Assembly: GCA_029564175.1 (NCBI GenBank)
Contig: JAKQQL010000321.1
Span: forward strand, 1 to 33,232
Length of the DNA: 33,232 bases
DNA from: Candidatus Cloacimonadota bacterium
GTDB lineage: Bacteria > Cloacimonadota > Cloacimonadia > Cloacimonadales > WRIO01
Direction of reading: 5' to 3'
Positions 18,384-27,517 of the stretch are shown one piece after another. A model generated the notes under the pieces. It worked only from the letters and a program-made list of their open reading frames with translations. It was not told the origin of the DNA and searched no databases. Numbering within the stretch: the first letter of the stretch is position 1; each line of letters opens with the position of its first letter. A program made the position numbers and the translations under genes.

Positions 18384-19645
18384 AAGCAATTGGGGTTATT
18401 ACTTTCAATTTTGCTCCGTATAATGTTACAGGAACTTTCAGAGTGCTAAAGTTTGTCAAGTGTATGCCTGATTATGGAATACAACCTATTGTTATTACTG
18501 CAGACCAGGGAAATCATCACATCAATGAAAAGTTAATGAATGATGTTCCTGAAAACTGTAAGATATACCGTTTGAAGAGCTTTTTCCCTGATGCTCAGGA
18601 AAGGTATCAAAAGAAAACATTCCTTTATAGTAATAGAAAAAAAAGTTTGGTAAAATCTTTTGTCAGAATCATTAAGGATTTGTTTCTTTCGCCTGATATT
18701 CAGATTACCTGGTCACTTTATCATGTATTGAATATATCAAAAATTATTAAAAAAGAGCATATTAAAACGGTATTGATTACAGGAGCTCCTTTTTCATTGT
18801 TTATTTGCGGATTATTACTCAAAAAAATGAATGGAGTTAAGCTGATACTGGACTATAGAGATTGTTGGCAAAAAGATCTTGGACAAATGGCTCAGAGTAC
18901 AGTCAGACAATATTTAAACAAGGTTTATGAAACTCTTGTTTTAAAGAATACCGATGCTGTAATTGCTACCACTCAGATGATTCTTGATTTGACAACAGAT
19001 GGTATCAGAGTCCCTTATAAAAAGGTGATTCCAACAGGTTATGATCCTCAGGATTTTCATAAAGGCAAGCATGAAACAGATAGAAAAAGTAGCACTTTTA
19101 CATTTTTCTATAGTGGAAAATATTTGCCTGGAGATCAAGTTTATGACCCTTTCATGATGATTAATAATCTGAATCGTTTGAGTGAAGAATATACAGTCAA
19201 ACTGATTGTTTGCGGGCATGTTGATGAAAGCGTAAAAAAGGAACATTGTTTGAAGTATCCTTTTATTGATTTTAAAGGATTTTTAAGCAGAACCGATTTA
19301 ATCAGAATTGCTCAGGAATCAGATGCTTTTATACATTTCTATTATCCTAATAAATTACAGGATACTATTTCTTTTAAATTATTTGAATACAGTCAGTATA
19401 ACAAACCTATTATTTCAATCAATACAGCAGATTCAGAAGTTTCTTCATTTTTAAAATCAAGTCGTATAGGCATATTTTGTGAAAATGATGATGAAGAAGC
19501 AGTTAGAGATTGTTTTAAAAAAGTTATATTAATGGATATAAATGGGTTTCAGGCAGGGATTAACAAGAATGAGATTGAGAAATATAGTATTAAAAATACC
19601 AGCCGTGAACTCTGTGATTTTATAAAATTGATAGACAAAGGATAA
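18380..19645 (+). CDS. GT4-like (GT-B) glycosyltransferase
   Basis: 'FAPYNVTGTFRVLKFVK', 'ITGAPFS', 'LDYRDCW', 'IPTGYD', 'KLFEY'; ATGA overlap with the upstream gene. Confidence 0.8.
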   Translation: MKAIGVITFNFAPYNVTGTFRVLKFVKCMPDYGIQPIVITADQGNHHINEKLMNDVPENCKIYRLKSFFPDAQERYQKKTFLYSNRKKSLVKSFVRIIKDLFLSPDIQITWSLYHVLNISKIIKKEHIKTVLITGAPFSLFICGLLLKKMNGVKLILDYRDCWQKDLGQMAQSTVRQYLNKVYETLVLKNTDAVIATTQMILDLTTDGIRVPYKKVIPTGYDPQDFHKGKHETDRKSSTFTFFYSGKYLPGDQVYDPFMMINNLNRLSEEYTVKLIVCGHVDESVKKEHCLKYPFIDFKGFLSRTDLIRIAQESDAFIHFYYPNKLQDTISFKLFEYSQYNKPIISINTADSEVSSFLKSSRIGIFCENDDEEAVRDCFKKVILMDINGFQAGINKNEIEKYSIKNTSRELCDFIKLIDKG

Positions 19646-19649
19646 ACTT

Positions 19650-20672
19650 GTGGAAAAACCTCTTGTAAAAGTTTTAATTATTCATACCTATGGTATTGGT
19701 GATATTATTATGGCGATACCGATGGTTAAGTACCTAAAAAAAATACATCCTGAGTTTGAAATAGATTTGTTTACTACTAATAAAGGAAGTGCTTCCCTAA
19801 TGGAAAGTCAACCCTTTTTTGACCATATTTACTTTTCTCCCAGATCAATGAAAGGCTTATATTCAATATTACATTTTTTAAGAAAAAAAAAATATGATTA
19901 TTCAATTGTAAGCTCAATTAGCAATGCCAGTATCCCTCTAAAACATGGTTTGATTACATTATTTATTAATGCAAACAATCGATTTGGAGAATACATAAAC
20001 TATCCTGTTCCATTCTACACAAAAACACAGAAATTTTCTCAAAGTGTTCATCGGGTTATTTCAAATATTGGATTAATAAAATTGATAGTTAAAGATATTA
20101 TTGATAGGATTGATGATATATATCCTGAACTGGCTCTTACTGATACATTGGAATCCTTCAGCAAGGAATGGTTGGACTCAAGATGCTTAAGCTCTCAAAG
20201 AATGCTTTTGTTTCATGTAGGTTCCAGTAAAGGAGGAATACACAGAAGATGGGGAGAGGATAAATTTGTTGATTTAATTATGAAACTTCAGAAGGAAACC
20301 TGGCAGACAGTGATTATTTCAGGAGAAGAAGAACTTGCTGAATCAAGATATGTCGCAGACAGAACTCATTCTGAAATGCTTTGCCATCATTCTTTGATTG
20401 AAGTTTTTTCTGTTATGAAAAGGTCATATGCTTTTATTAATGCAGACTCAGGCTTGGGTCATTTGGCTTCAGCTGCTGGTATTAAGGTCTTTTCATTATT
20501 CGGACCAGGAGATGAACAAAAAACATCTCCTTATGCAAAAGAATCATATGTGATACGGAACGAAACCAGTAAATGCCAGAAGTGTCTATATCCTGTAAAA
20601 GGATGCACAATGGAATGTATGAAAGGATTAAGTGTTGAGTCAGTTTATCAGGAAATTAAATCACGATTATAA
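19650..20672 (+). CDS. GT9 glycosyltransferase (RfaF/WaaF family) 2
   Basis: GTG start after AAAGGA; 'IIHTYGIGDIIMAIP', 'HRRWG', 'NADSGLGHLASA', 'SLFGP', CQKC..C..EC. Confidence 0.9.
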   Translation: MEKPLVKVLIIHTYGIGDIIMAIPMVKYLKKIHPEFEIDLFTTNKGSASLMESQPFFDHIYFSPRSMKGLYSILHFLRKKKYDYSIVSSISNASIPLKHGLITLFINANNRFGEYINYPVPFYTKTQKFSQSVHRVISNIGLIKLIVKDIIDRIDDIYPELALTDTLESFSKEWLDSRCLSSQRMLLFHVGSSKGGIHRRWGEDKFVDLIMKLQKETWQTVIISGEEELAESRYVADRTHSEMLCHHSLIEVFSVMKRSYAFINADSGLGHLASAAGIKVFSLFGPGDEQKTSPYAKESYVIRNETSKCQKCLYPVKGCTMECMKGLSVESVYQEIKSRL

Positions 20673-22023
20673 ACTTTGTTTAGTTTTGTTGTTTTTTATC
20701 TTTACTGCCTGTAATAGTACAGCAAAGATGGCCTCATATTTGTTACCTGATACCAGGGTATTTTATGGAGATTATGATACTGATAATATAAAAAAAGGTC
20801 AACCCTATTTTATGTATAACTGGTATGAAGGTTTACACTCTGATACTCTTTATTTTTCTAAAACGAACTGGAAACCTTATGCGCCTAAACTAAAACTTGC
20901 TTACTACATGCTGAAAGAAAAAAAAACTGAAAACAGATTGCAGAAACTAATAGAAGATGGCTATGTTACAGGCTTTACTTTCTATCTGGATATCACAGAC
21001 AAAAATCAAGTTCAATACATTAATCAGCTCGTTAAAAAGTATAATTATCAGTTTTTTATTCAGACTTATACTTATCAGAATAGGATTATAAAGCCTTTTG
21101 GTGGAGTTAAAAACTATTTGGCTGATTTGATGGATGAAAGAAATGTTGAGTTCTATTTTAATGATGATGTATTTTCTGAAAACTGGAATAAAACAAATGC
21201 TGAAGCAAGCTATCACTTGTTAAAGAAACATAAAAAGAAATTACTTTCTGCCTGTTTAATCAGAGATTATTGGGGTAAGCATTCTTATCTGGTTGATATG
21301 GCTGATATTATCGCACCTCAGATATATCCAGTATCAAAGAGAATTGAGGATTATCAAAACCTTGATGTAGAAATTCCTCCTTTTCATGAATTGAAAACAT
21401 TCCATTTTAACCTTATTAAAGGAAAAGAACTGTTTAGTAATCAGAGATTTAAAAATATGGAAGAAAAAAGATATATTTTAACATTTCCAATTTATCATAC
21501 AAATGAAAAGCCTGGTTCTAAGATTGCAAGATATCCTTATCCAGAAGAAGCTCGGTTTATGTTTTTTGATGCTATAATATGTGGGGTGAAGGGATTTAAC
21601 TTTTTTGCTTTTTACAGATGTTCAAATGAAGCTTATCTTATGATTAACGACATCATACATGAATTTAAAGCATCTGGGTTTGAGAAAGCAGTATTGCATG
21701 GACAATATAATCCGACTATTATTGATATGCAAAAATTGGCAATTAATAGTGATACATATGACATTGTTGGCAATAAGATATTGGATATCGACTATTGTCT
21801 ATACGAATATCAAAATGAATACTTTTTGATTTTAAGCAATAATAGCGTATTTACAGATAAGATAGAAATAAAAATTAATAAAAATCAAAAAAAAGACTGG
21901 TACGAATTTAGATCTGAAAATTCTAAAATATATAAAAAACTGCTTGCCGAAAACACAGATAATTGTTATCTTGAAATTCGTCCTTATGATATAAAACTAA
22001 TTAAGATTATGAGGAAAGAATAA
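20632..22023 (+). CDS. Hypothetical lipoprotein, possible TIM-barrel glycoside-hydrolase-like protein
   Basis: Hydrophobic signal ending FTA-C; 'ADIIAPQIYPV' and 'YPYPEEARFMFFDAIICGVKGFNFF' resemble late barrel elements of GH-like proteins; beta-rich tail. The exact start is uncertain (GTG 20632 or TTG 20635). Confidence 0.6.
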   Translation: MLSQFIRKLNHDYKLCLVLLFFIFTACNSTAKMASYLLPDTRVFYGDYDTDNIKKGQPYFMYNWYEGLHSDTLYFSKTNWKPYAPKLKLAYYMLKEKKTENRLQKLIEDGYVTGFTFYLDITDKNQVQYINQLVKKYNYQFFIQTYTYQNRIIKPFGGVKNYLADLMDERNVEFYFNDDVFSENWNKTNAEASYHLLKKHKKKLLSACLIRDYWGKHSYLVDMADIIAPQIYPVSKRIEDYQNLDVEIPPFHELKTFHFNLIKGKELFSNQRFKNMEEKRYILTFPIYHTNEKPGSKIARYPYPEEARFMFFDAIICGVKGFNFFAFYRCSNEAYLMINDIIHEFKASGFEKAVLHGQYNPTIIDMQKLAINSDTYDIVGNKILDIDYCLYEYQNEYFLILSNNSVFTDKIEIKINKNQKKDWYEFRSENSKIYKKLLAENTDNCYLEIRPYDIKLIKIMRKE

Positions 22024-22025
22024 AT

Positions 22026-23327
22026 ATGAAAATACTATACATTTCTCAGTATTTTTTCCCTGAAGTCGGCGCTACTTCAAATAGGGCGATGTCTAATGTC
22101 GTCAGTTTTAAAAAAAATAATCATGATGTAACAGTGTTAACAGAAATGCCAAATCATCCAAAGGGAATTATTTTTGATGGTTATAAAGGAAGATATCTTG
22201 TAAGAGAAGTCGTAAATGGGGTCAATATTGTCAGAGTATGGGTTTTTACCAGCCAGGTAAAGAATTTTATTACCCGATTATTATTCTATACCTCCTTTTC
22301 GATTACTGGTTCTATCTATATGATGTTCTGCCGTAAAAAATATGATGTGGTATATGTGACCTCTCCGCCTTTGTTTGTTGCCATTATTGGGCTGTTTATC
22401 AAATTAATATCTCCAAAAACAAAAATGTTTTTTGAAGTCAGAGATATGTGGCCTGATTCTGCCATCGATTTAGGAGAATTAAAAAATAAGACTTTGATTA
22501 AATTCAGCTTGTTATTGGAGAATTGGGCTTATAAAAAATCTGCAGCGATTATTACTGTTACTGAAAACCTTAGAAATAAGATTAGTCAGAAAGGGTTTTC
22601 TCTAAATAAAATATATTCTGTGCCAAATGGAACTGATCTAGTCCAAGAGAATGACCCTGTTTTAAAAAAAACAAAGTTACAAAAACATATAGGTTTTCAC
22701 TGTTTCAAATCTTCAGGTAAGTCTGTTAAACTTGGAAAAATTATGAAAATAAACCCTTTTTATGATTTTTCCGGATCATTTAGGGTTATTTATGCAGGCA
22801 ATATGGGAATTGCCCAGAATTTGACAATCATTCTAGAAAGTGCTGAAATACTTAGCAAAGAGAATATTAAATTTTACTTTTTAGGAGCAGGTCCTGAGGA
22901 AGAAAAGTTAAAAAGATATGTTTTTGAAAAGCAACTAAAAAATGTGTTTTTTTTAGGCATTATTCCCCAGAAACAGTTAAAAGCCTATTATCAAAATGCT
23001 CATTGCAGTGTGATTCCTTTAAGGAAAATTGCTTTGTTTGAGTCAGCTATTCCGTCAAAAATATTTGACAGTATGGCAATAGGTTTGCCAGTGATTGTTG
23101 GAGTCAATGGAGAAGCTCAGGAAGTGGTAAAAAAATCAGGTGGTGGCTTAAATTTTGAACCGGAAAATCCTGTTTCTTTAAGTGAAGCAATACTTAAATT
23201 AAAGAATAATAGAAAATTATTATCTCAATTCGGTAGAAATGGTATTATGTTTGTTAAAAAATACTATGATAGAAAAATACTAGCACAAAAAATAGAAGAT
23301 ATCATTCAAAAACATATAAATGATTAA
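22026..23327 (+). CDS. GT4 glycosyltransferase, WbuB-like
   Basis: 'MKILYISQYFFPEVGA', 'PNHPKG', 'TSPPLF', 'EVRDMWPDS', 'YAGNMGIAQNL', 'PSKIFDSMAIGLP'. Confidence 0.9.
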   Translation: MKILYISQYFFPEVGATSNRAMSNVVSFKKNNHDVTVLTEMPNHPKGIIFDGYKGRYLVREVVNGVNIVRVWVFTSQVKNFITRLLFYTSFSITGSIYMMFCRKKYDVVYVTSPPLFVAIIGLFIKLISPKTKMFFEVRDMWPDSAIDLGELKNKTLIKFSLLLENWAYKKSAAIITVTENLRNKISQKGFSLNKIYSVPNGTDLVQENDPVLKKTKLQKHIGFHCFKSSGKSVKLGKIMKINPFYDFSGSFRVIYAGNMGIAQNLTIILESAEILSKENIKFYFLGAGPEEEKLKRYVFEKQLKNVFFLGIIPQKQLKAYYQNAHCSVIPLRKIALFESAIPSKIFDSMAIGLPVIVGVNGEAQEVVKKSGGGLNFEPENPVSLSEAILKLKNNRKLLSQFGRNGIMFVKKYYDRKILAQKIEDIIQKHIND

Positions 23328-23339
23328 AATGGAGGATTC

Positions 23340-25133
23340 ATGTTTTCATTCTTGTTATTAATCGGGGGAAACAATAAAATTCTTTCTGAAAAAGTGTTAA
23401 ATGTTTATTCAGGGATTTCACAAAAATTACCGATTCCAACAAATTCAACGGTAAAGGAGTTACCTGATGAATTGAATCTCCTTTTATTTCAGCCTGTTGA
23501 AAAGAAAATTACTTCTCTTCATCATGTCTTTCAGTTTGAAGATAATTTTATATATTCTTTTGGAACTATTTTTGGAGAACCCGATGTTAATGTTTCTGAG
23601 TATCTTTTTGCTATTTATGATAAAAAAGGAGAGAAAGCTGTCCAACAGGTAGATGGAAGTTTTTCATTTATAATTTATAATTCTAATACTAAAAAATTGA
23701 AAATGATTTGTGATGCAGTGGGAGATAGAAGAGTACATTACTTTTATAATGAAGATAATATTATTATCTCATCTTTGGATATACTAATATTTTCTACAGG
23801 GTTAGTCTCTGACAGGATTAATAAACTCTCTGTTTTGGAAATGCTTGCATTTAATTCCAGCAGAATTGGTAACAGTATTATTAAGGATATTGAGAATATA
23901 AAACCCTATGAGATATTAGAGTTTCGGAGTTTTAACCCGACAAAAAAGATTTCTTGTCCTTTTTCTGATCTTGATCCAATCTTAAAAAATTCCGAACTTA
24001 AAAAGAAAATTAACGATATCATAAAGACTCTTAGAGATAAGAGTAAATCTTATATTATGAAAGCAAATCAAATTGAATTTGATTTGACTGCAGGCAAAGA
24101 TTCTCGATCAGTGTTTAGTCTTCTTAAGGATTTAGTCGATAAAAAAAGAAGCAAAGTCAGAACACGCGGAGAAGAACATTGTCTGGATAATTTGTTTGCC
24201 AGAAAAGTAACAAAAATTTATGGCTTCAAACATGAAAATGTTAAATTGATGAAAATTGATAATAAAGAGTTTAAATCTAATCTTTATGCATTTGCATTAT
24301 TTTGTAACGGTAATACAAACGGAATTAGAACTATTGATGAAATCAATTACAAAGATGTTGATGATTTACGCTTTGGAGGTGTAAGAACTACACCCGAATC
24401 TTTTAAGATACCAAAAATAATAAGAAAAGAGAATGTGATTGAAGAAATCAGTAAATTTTTTTTGGATCAATATTTTAAATTTCCAATGGTGTCTGAAACA
24501 GAATATTGCAAAATTAATGAATATATTAATCAAATAGTAAAAGATATTTATTCGATTAATCATAATATCGAATTTACTCTCAAAGCTCTTGTTCTTTACA
24601 TGCTATATTCAAATTCAGGTATTCTGATAAATCATAGAAACTGGCAGTTACAGAACATTGAACCATTTTTAAGTCAGGATGTTGCAAAATTATATTTTCT
24701 AACCCCATTACAAAAACTTAAAGATTTTATGCTTTATCCTGAAATTGTTAATAAATTTGCCCCAGAAATTATTTCTTACCCAATAAATGGTAATTATTTT
24801 AACCGTTTATCAAAGAAAAAGAATACTTTGCTAATAAAGCTTTATTCTTTATATACCAGAATAATCAAAAGATTAAAGAGGAATGAGTTAAGTGAAAAAC
24901 TCATCTATCAGGACTCTGTAGGTTATGCATTTAAAAATGATTATAAACAATTTATTGAGAATCTTCTAAAAGAATCCGAAATTATTAATAGAGAGATACT
25001 CTCTCAGTCTGTGATTAATCGCATAGTTAATGAACATATGGATGGGATTAAAAACAATCAGGATTTAATTGGGATTTTGTTAATTATTGAGAGTTTTCTT
25101 CAAACTATGAAAGAAATTACTCATGCACAATAA
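23340..25133 (+). CDS. Asparagine-synthetase-like (Ntn-like + PP-loop) amide ligase, atypical
   Basis: GGAGG RBS; 'VDGSFSFIIY...CDAVGDRRVHY' (AsnB N-domain-like), PP-loop variant 'DLTAGKDSR', 'EPFLS', C-terminal 'NEHMDG'. Begins MFSFLL, so no Cys at position 2. Confidence 0.75.
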   Translation: MFSFLLLIGGNNKILSEKVLNVYSGISQKLPIPTNSTVKELPDELNLLLFQPVEKKITSLHHVFQFEDNFIYSFGTIFGEPDVNVSEYLFAIYDKKGEKAVQQVDGSFSFIIYNSNTKKLKMICDAVGDRRVHYFYNEDNIIISSLDILIFSTGLVSDRINKLSVLEMLAFNSSRIGNSIIKDIENIKPYEILEFRSFNPTKKISCPFSDLDPILKNSELKKKINDIIKTLRDKSKSYIMKANQIEFDLTAGKDSRSVFSLLKDLVDKKRSKVRTRGEEHCLDNLFARKVTKIYGFKHENVKLMKIDNKEFKSNLYAFALFCNGNTNGIRTIDEINYKDVDDLRFGGVRTTPESFKIPKIIRKENVIEEISKFFLDQYFKFPMVSETEYCKINEYINQIVKDIYSINHNIEFTLKALVLYMLYSNSGILINHRNWQLQNIEPFLSQDVAKLYFLTPLQKLKDFMLYPEIVNKFAPEIISYPINGNYFNRLSKKKNTLLIKLYSLYTRIIKRLKRNELSEKLIYQDSVGYAFKNDYKQFIENLLKESEIINREILSQSVINRIVNEHMDGIKNNQDLIGILLIIESFLQTMKEITHAQ

Positions 25134-26391
25134 TAAAACGATCATAATCTCAAAACAGTTTTATCCTGTTAAAGGAGGCGTTGAGACTTTTTTACTTGAA
25201 GTTGCTATGACATGGAATTCTAAAGATATAGAAGTATGGTGTCAAAAACATGATGAAGTACCAAATCGAATGGAAAACCCCGTACTGATTAAAAGATTCA
25301 GTTGGGGAAATGGTACTTTTAAAAATTTATGTTTTTTATTAAAAAACGCATTTAATGCCAGTAATAAATTATTATATTGTTATTTTTGTTTGCTCTTTTT
25401 TCTAAATCGAAATGTGGTTAAAAATTGTTTACCATTTATTATAGAATCATATGCAGAAATGTTGTCAAAATTAAAAAAAGATAAAAAACCACTGGTAATC
25501 CAGTGTTCTATGCCCGTTTACACCGGAATTATTGGCTTGTTCTACAAACTGGTTTTTAATGTACCCTTGGTGGTTTATGCTCATGGATCGGAGTTGATTT
25601 ATTATTCAAGGAGGAGTAATCAAAAGCTTATCCAGCAATTCGTGCTAAAGAAAGCTGATTTACTCATCAGCAACAGTCAATTTACTACGGATTTATTAGT
25701 ATCTAAAGGGGCAGAAAGAAATAAAATTTATAAAACCCTTTTAGGGGCTAATACCAGGATGTTTTATCCAAAGGAAACTCAATCTCTGATTAAGAAAAAG
25801 TATAATATTCCTAATAATCATAAAATTATATTGACTGTATCTCATCTTGTTCCCCGAAAAGGGGCAGATATGGTCTTAAAAGCGTTGCCAAAAATATTAA
25901 AAGAAATTCCTGATTTAACTTATTTGATAGGAGGCAGGGGAGAGTATTTAAATACTTTAAAAGGATTGGTAGAGAAATTGCAGCTGGAAAATCATGTAAT
26001 ATTTCTTGGGTTTATAAAGGATGAAGAGATTAACGATTTATTTAATGCCTGTGATGTATTTATAATGCCAAACCGGCAACAAGATTACGATGTGGAAGGT
26101 TTTGGAATTGTTTTTGCAGATGCTGCTGCTTGCGCAAAAGCAACCATTGCCGGTAATTCAGGTGGGGCTGTTGATGCAATTGTTGATAAAAAAACTGGAT
26201 TTCTGGTTAACCCTTTATCTATTGAGGATATTTCAGAAAAATGTATAGAACTTTTATCTGATGAAGGTCTTAGACACAGATTTGGCCAGAATGGATATCA
26301 GAGAGTAAAAGATGAGCTAAACTGGGATTCTGTCAGAGAGAATATTTTTTCTCAGATTTATAAGCTTACAGAGAAAAAAGATGGAAAGTAA
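25123..26391 (+). CDS. GT4 glycosyltransferase (PimA/PimB-like)
   Basis: 'FYPVKGGVE', 'AHGSE', 'NSQFT', 'VSHLVPRKG', 'DVFIMP', 'EGFGIVFADAAA', 'GNSGGAVDAI'. Confidence 0.9.
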   Translation: MHNNKTIIISKQFYPVKGGVETFLLEVAMTWNSKDIEVWCQKHDEVPNRMENPVLIKRFSWGNGTFKNLCFLLKNAFNASNKLLYCYFCLLFFLNRNVVKNCLPFIIESYAEMLSKLKKDKKPLVIQCSMPVYTGIIGLFYKLVFNVPLVVYAHGSELIYYSRRSNQKLIQQFVLKKADLLISNSQFTTDLLVSKGAERNKIYKTLLGANTRMFYPKETQSLIKKKYNIPNNHKIILTVSHLVPRKGADMVLKALPKILKEIPDLTYLIGGRGEYLNTLKGLVEKLQLENHVIFLGFIKDEEINDLFNACDVFIMPNRQQDYDVEGFGIVFADAAACAKATIAGNSGGAVDAIVDKKTGFLVNPLSIEDISEKCIELLSDEGLRHRFGQNGYQRVKDELNWDSVRENIFSQIYKLTEKKDGK

Positions 26392-27517
26392 AAAAAGAAT
26401 ACTATTTATCATTACGCGTCTGACAATCGGGGGAGTAGCTGCCCATTTGATTCAGACTGCCAGATATTTTGAAGAAAAAGGTTATGAATGTTTGATAATG
26501 ACAGGTAGTATTGAAGAAAAAGATCAGGAGATGCTTAAATTTCATTCAAATTTTATGATAAAACCATTATATCTCAAAGAGATGGTAAGACCTGTCAATC
26601 CGTTTAAAGACATAATTGCTATTATACACTTAGTTAAAGTGCTTCGTAAATTAAAACCTGATATCGTTCATACCCATACTGTAAAAGCCGGTTTAATTGG
26701 GCGAATGGCAGCCTGGATTTGTGGTGTGCCAAAGATTTATCATACCTATCATGGATTAAACTTTCAAGGTTATTTTGGCTTCTTTTTTACTCAGATATCA
26801 ATTCTAATTGAGAGATGTATGGCAAGAATCAGTACAAGGTTAATCTCTTTATCACCTTTGTTAACAAACGATTTGCTAAATTATAATATATGCTCTGAGG
26901 ATAATATTGCTACGATTCCTTTAGGTTTTGATTTTGATAATGCTCTCCAACCAAAATCTTTAAAGAAAGTCTTTGATATTCCTGAAAATAAAGTTATTGT
27001 CGCAATTATTGGAAGATTAGCCCCAATTAAAAACCATGACCTATTTATAGATATTGCAGAAACTGTCATAAAATGCAATCCTGATATTCAATTTCTGATC
27101 ATTGGAGATGGTGAAAGAAGAGATGAATTACAAGCATTAATTGATTTGAAAAGTTTGCAAAAATCAGTTATCATTACTGGTTTTTTTGAAGATTTGAATG
27201 AATACTATCTCGAAATTGATATTTCTGTTCTGACTTCAATCAATGAGGGGACACCGGTCACTATTCTGGAGGCTTTTTTCTTCAATGTGCTGGTTGTCAG
27301 TACGAATGTTGGAGGTGTGCCTGATCTGATAACTAACGGGTATAATGGTTTTCTGTTTGATGTAAAGGATAAAGACTCTTTTGTAAAAATGATTTTGGAT
27401 TATGCAGATCATCAGGATAAATATCAAGAGATAATGAATAATGCCAATAAAATTGTTAAAGAAAAATATTCTCTACAAAATACCTGTGATCAATTACTTC
27501 GATTATATGGGATTTAA
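26381..27517 (+). CDS. GT4 glycosyltransferase (CapM-like)
   Basis: 'ITRLTIGG', 'PDIVHTHTVKAG', 'IGRLAPIKNH', 'NEGTPVTILEA', 'TNVGGVPDLI'. Confidence 0.9.
   Translation: MESKKRILFIITRLTIGGVAAHLIQTARYFEEKGYECLIMTGSIEEKDQEMLKFHSNFMIKPLYLKEMVRPVNPFKDIIAIIHLVKVLRKLKPDIVHTHTVKAGLIGRMAAWICGVPKIYHTYHGLNFQGYFGFFFTQISILIERCMARISTRLISLSPLLTNDLLNYNICSEDNIATIPLGFDFDNALQPKSLKKVFDIPENKVIVAIIGRLAPIKNHDLFIDIAETVIKCNPDIQFLIIGDGERRDELQALIDLKSLQKSVIITGFFEDLNEYYLEIDISVLTSINEGTPVTILEAFFFNVLVVSTNVGGVPDLITNGYNGFLFDVKDKDSFVKMILDYADHQDKYQEIMNNANKIVKEKYSLQNTCDQLLRLYGI

Noticed and set aside
19883..19892. A10 tract in GT9-2 (also T9 at 11584 and A9 at 20918) as phase-variation switches
   Set aside because: All frames are intact and such runs are expected in this AT-rich, Lys/Phe-rich DNA; read-level length variation would be needed.
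23340..25133. Lasso-peptide cyclase interpretation of the Cys-less AsnB-like gene
   Set aside because: No precursor peptide, B1/RRE or B2 protease nearby; it is tightly embedded among glycosyltransferases.
10415..27427. Short minus-strand ORFs in the glycan locus (10415, 18941, 20947, 24366, 26881, 27236)
   Set aside because: Antisense shadows of well-supported genes.
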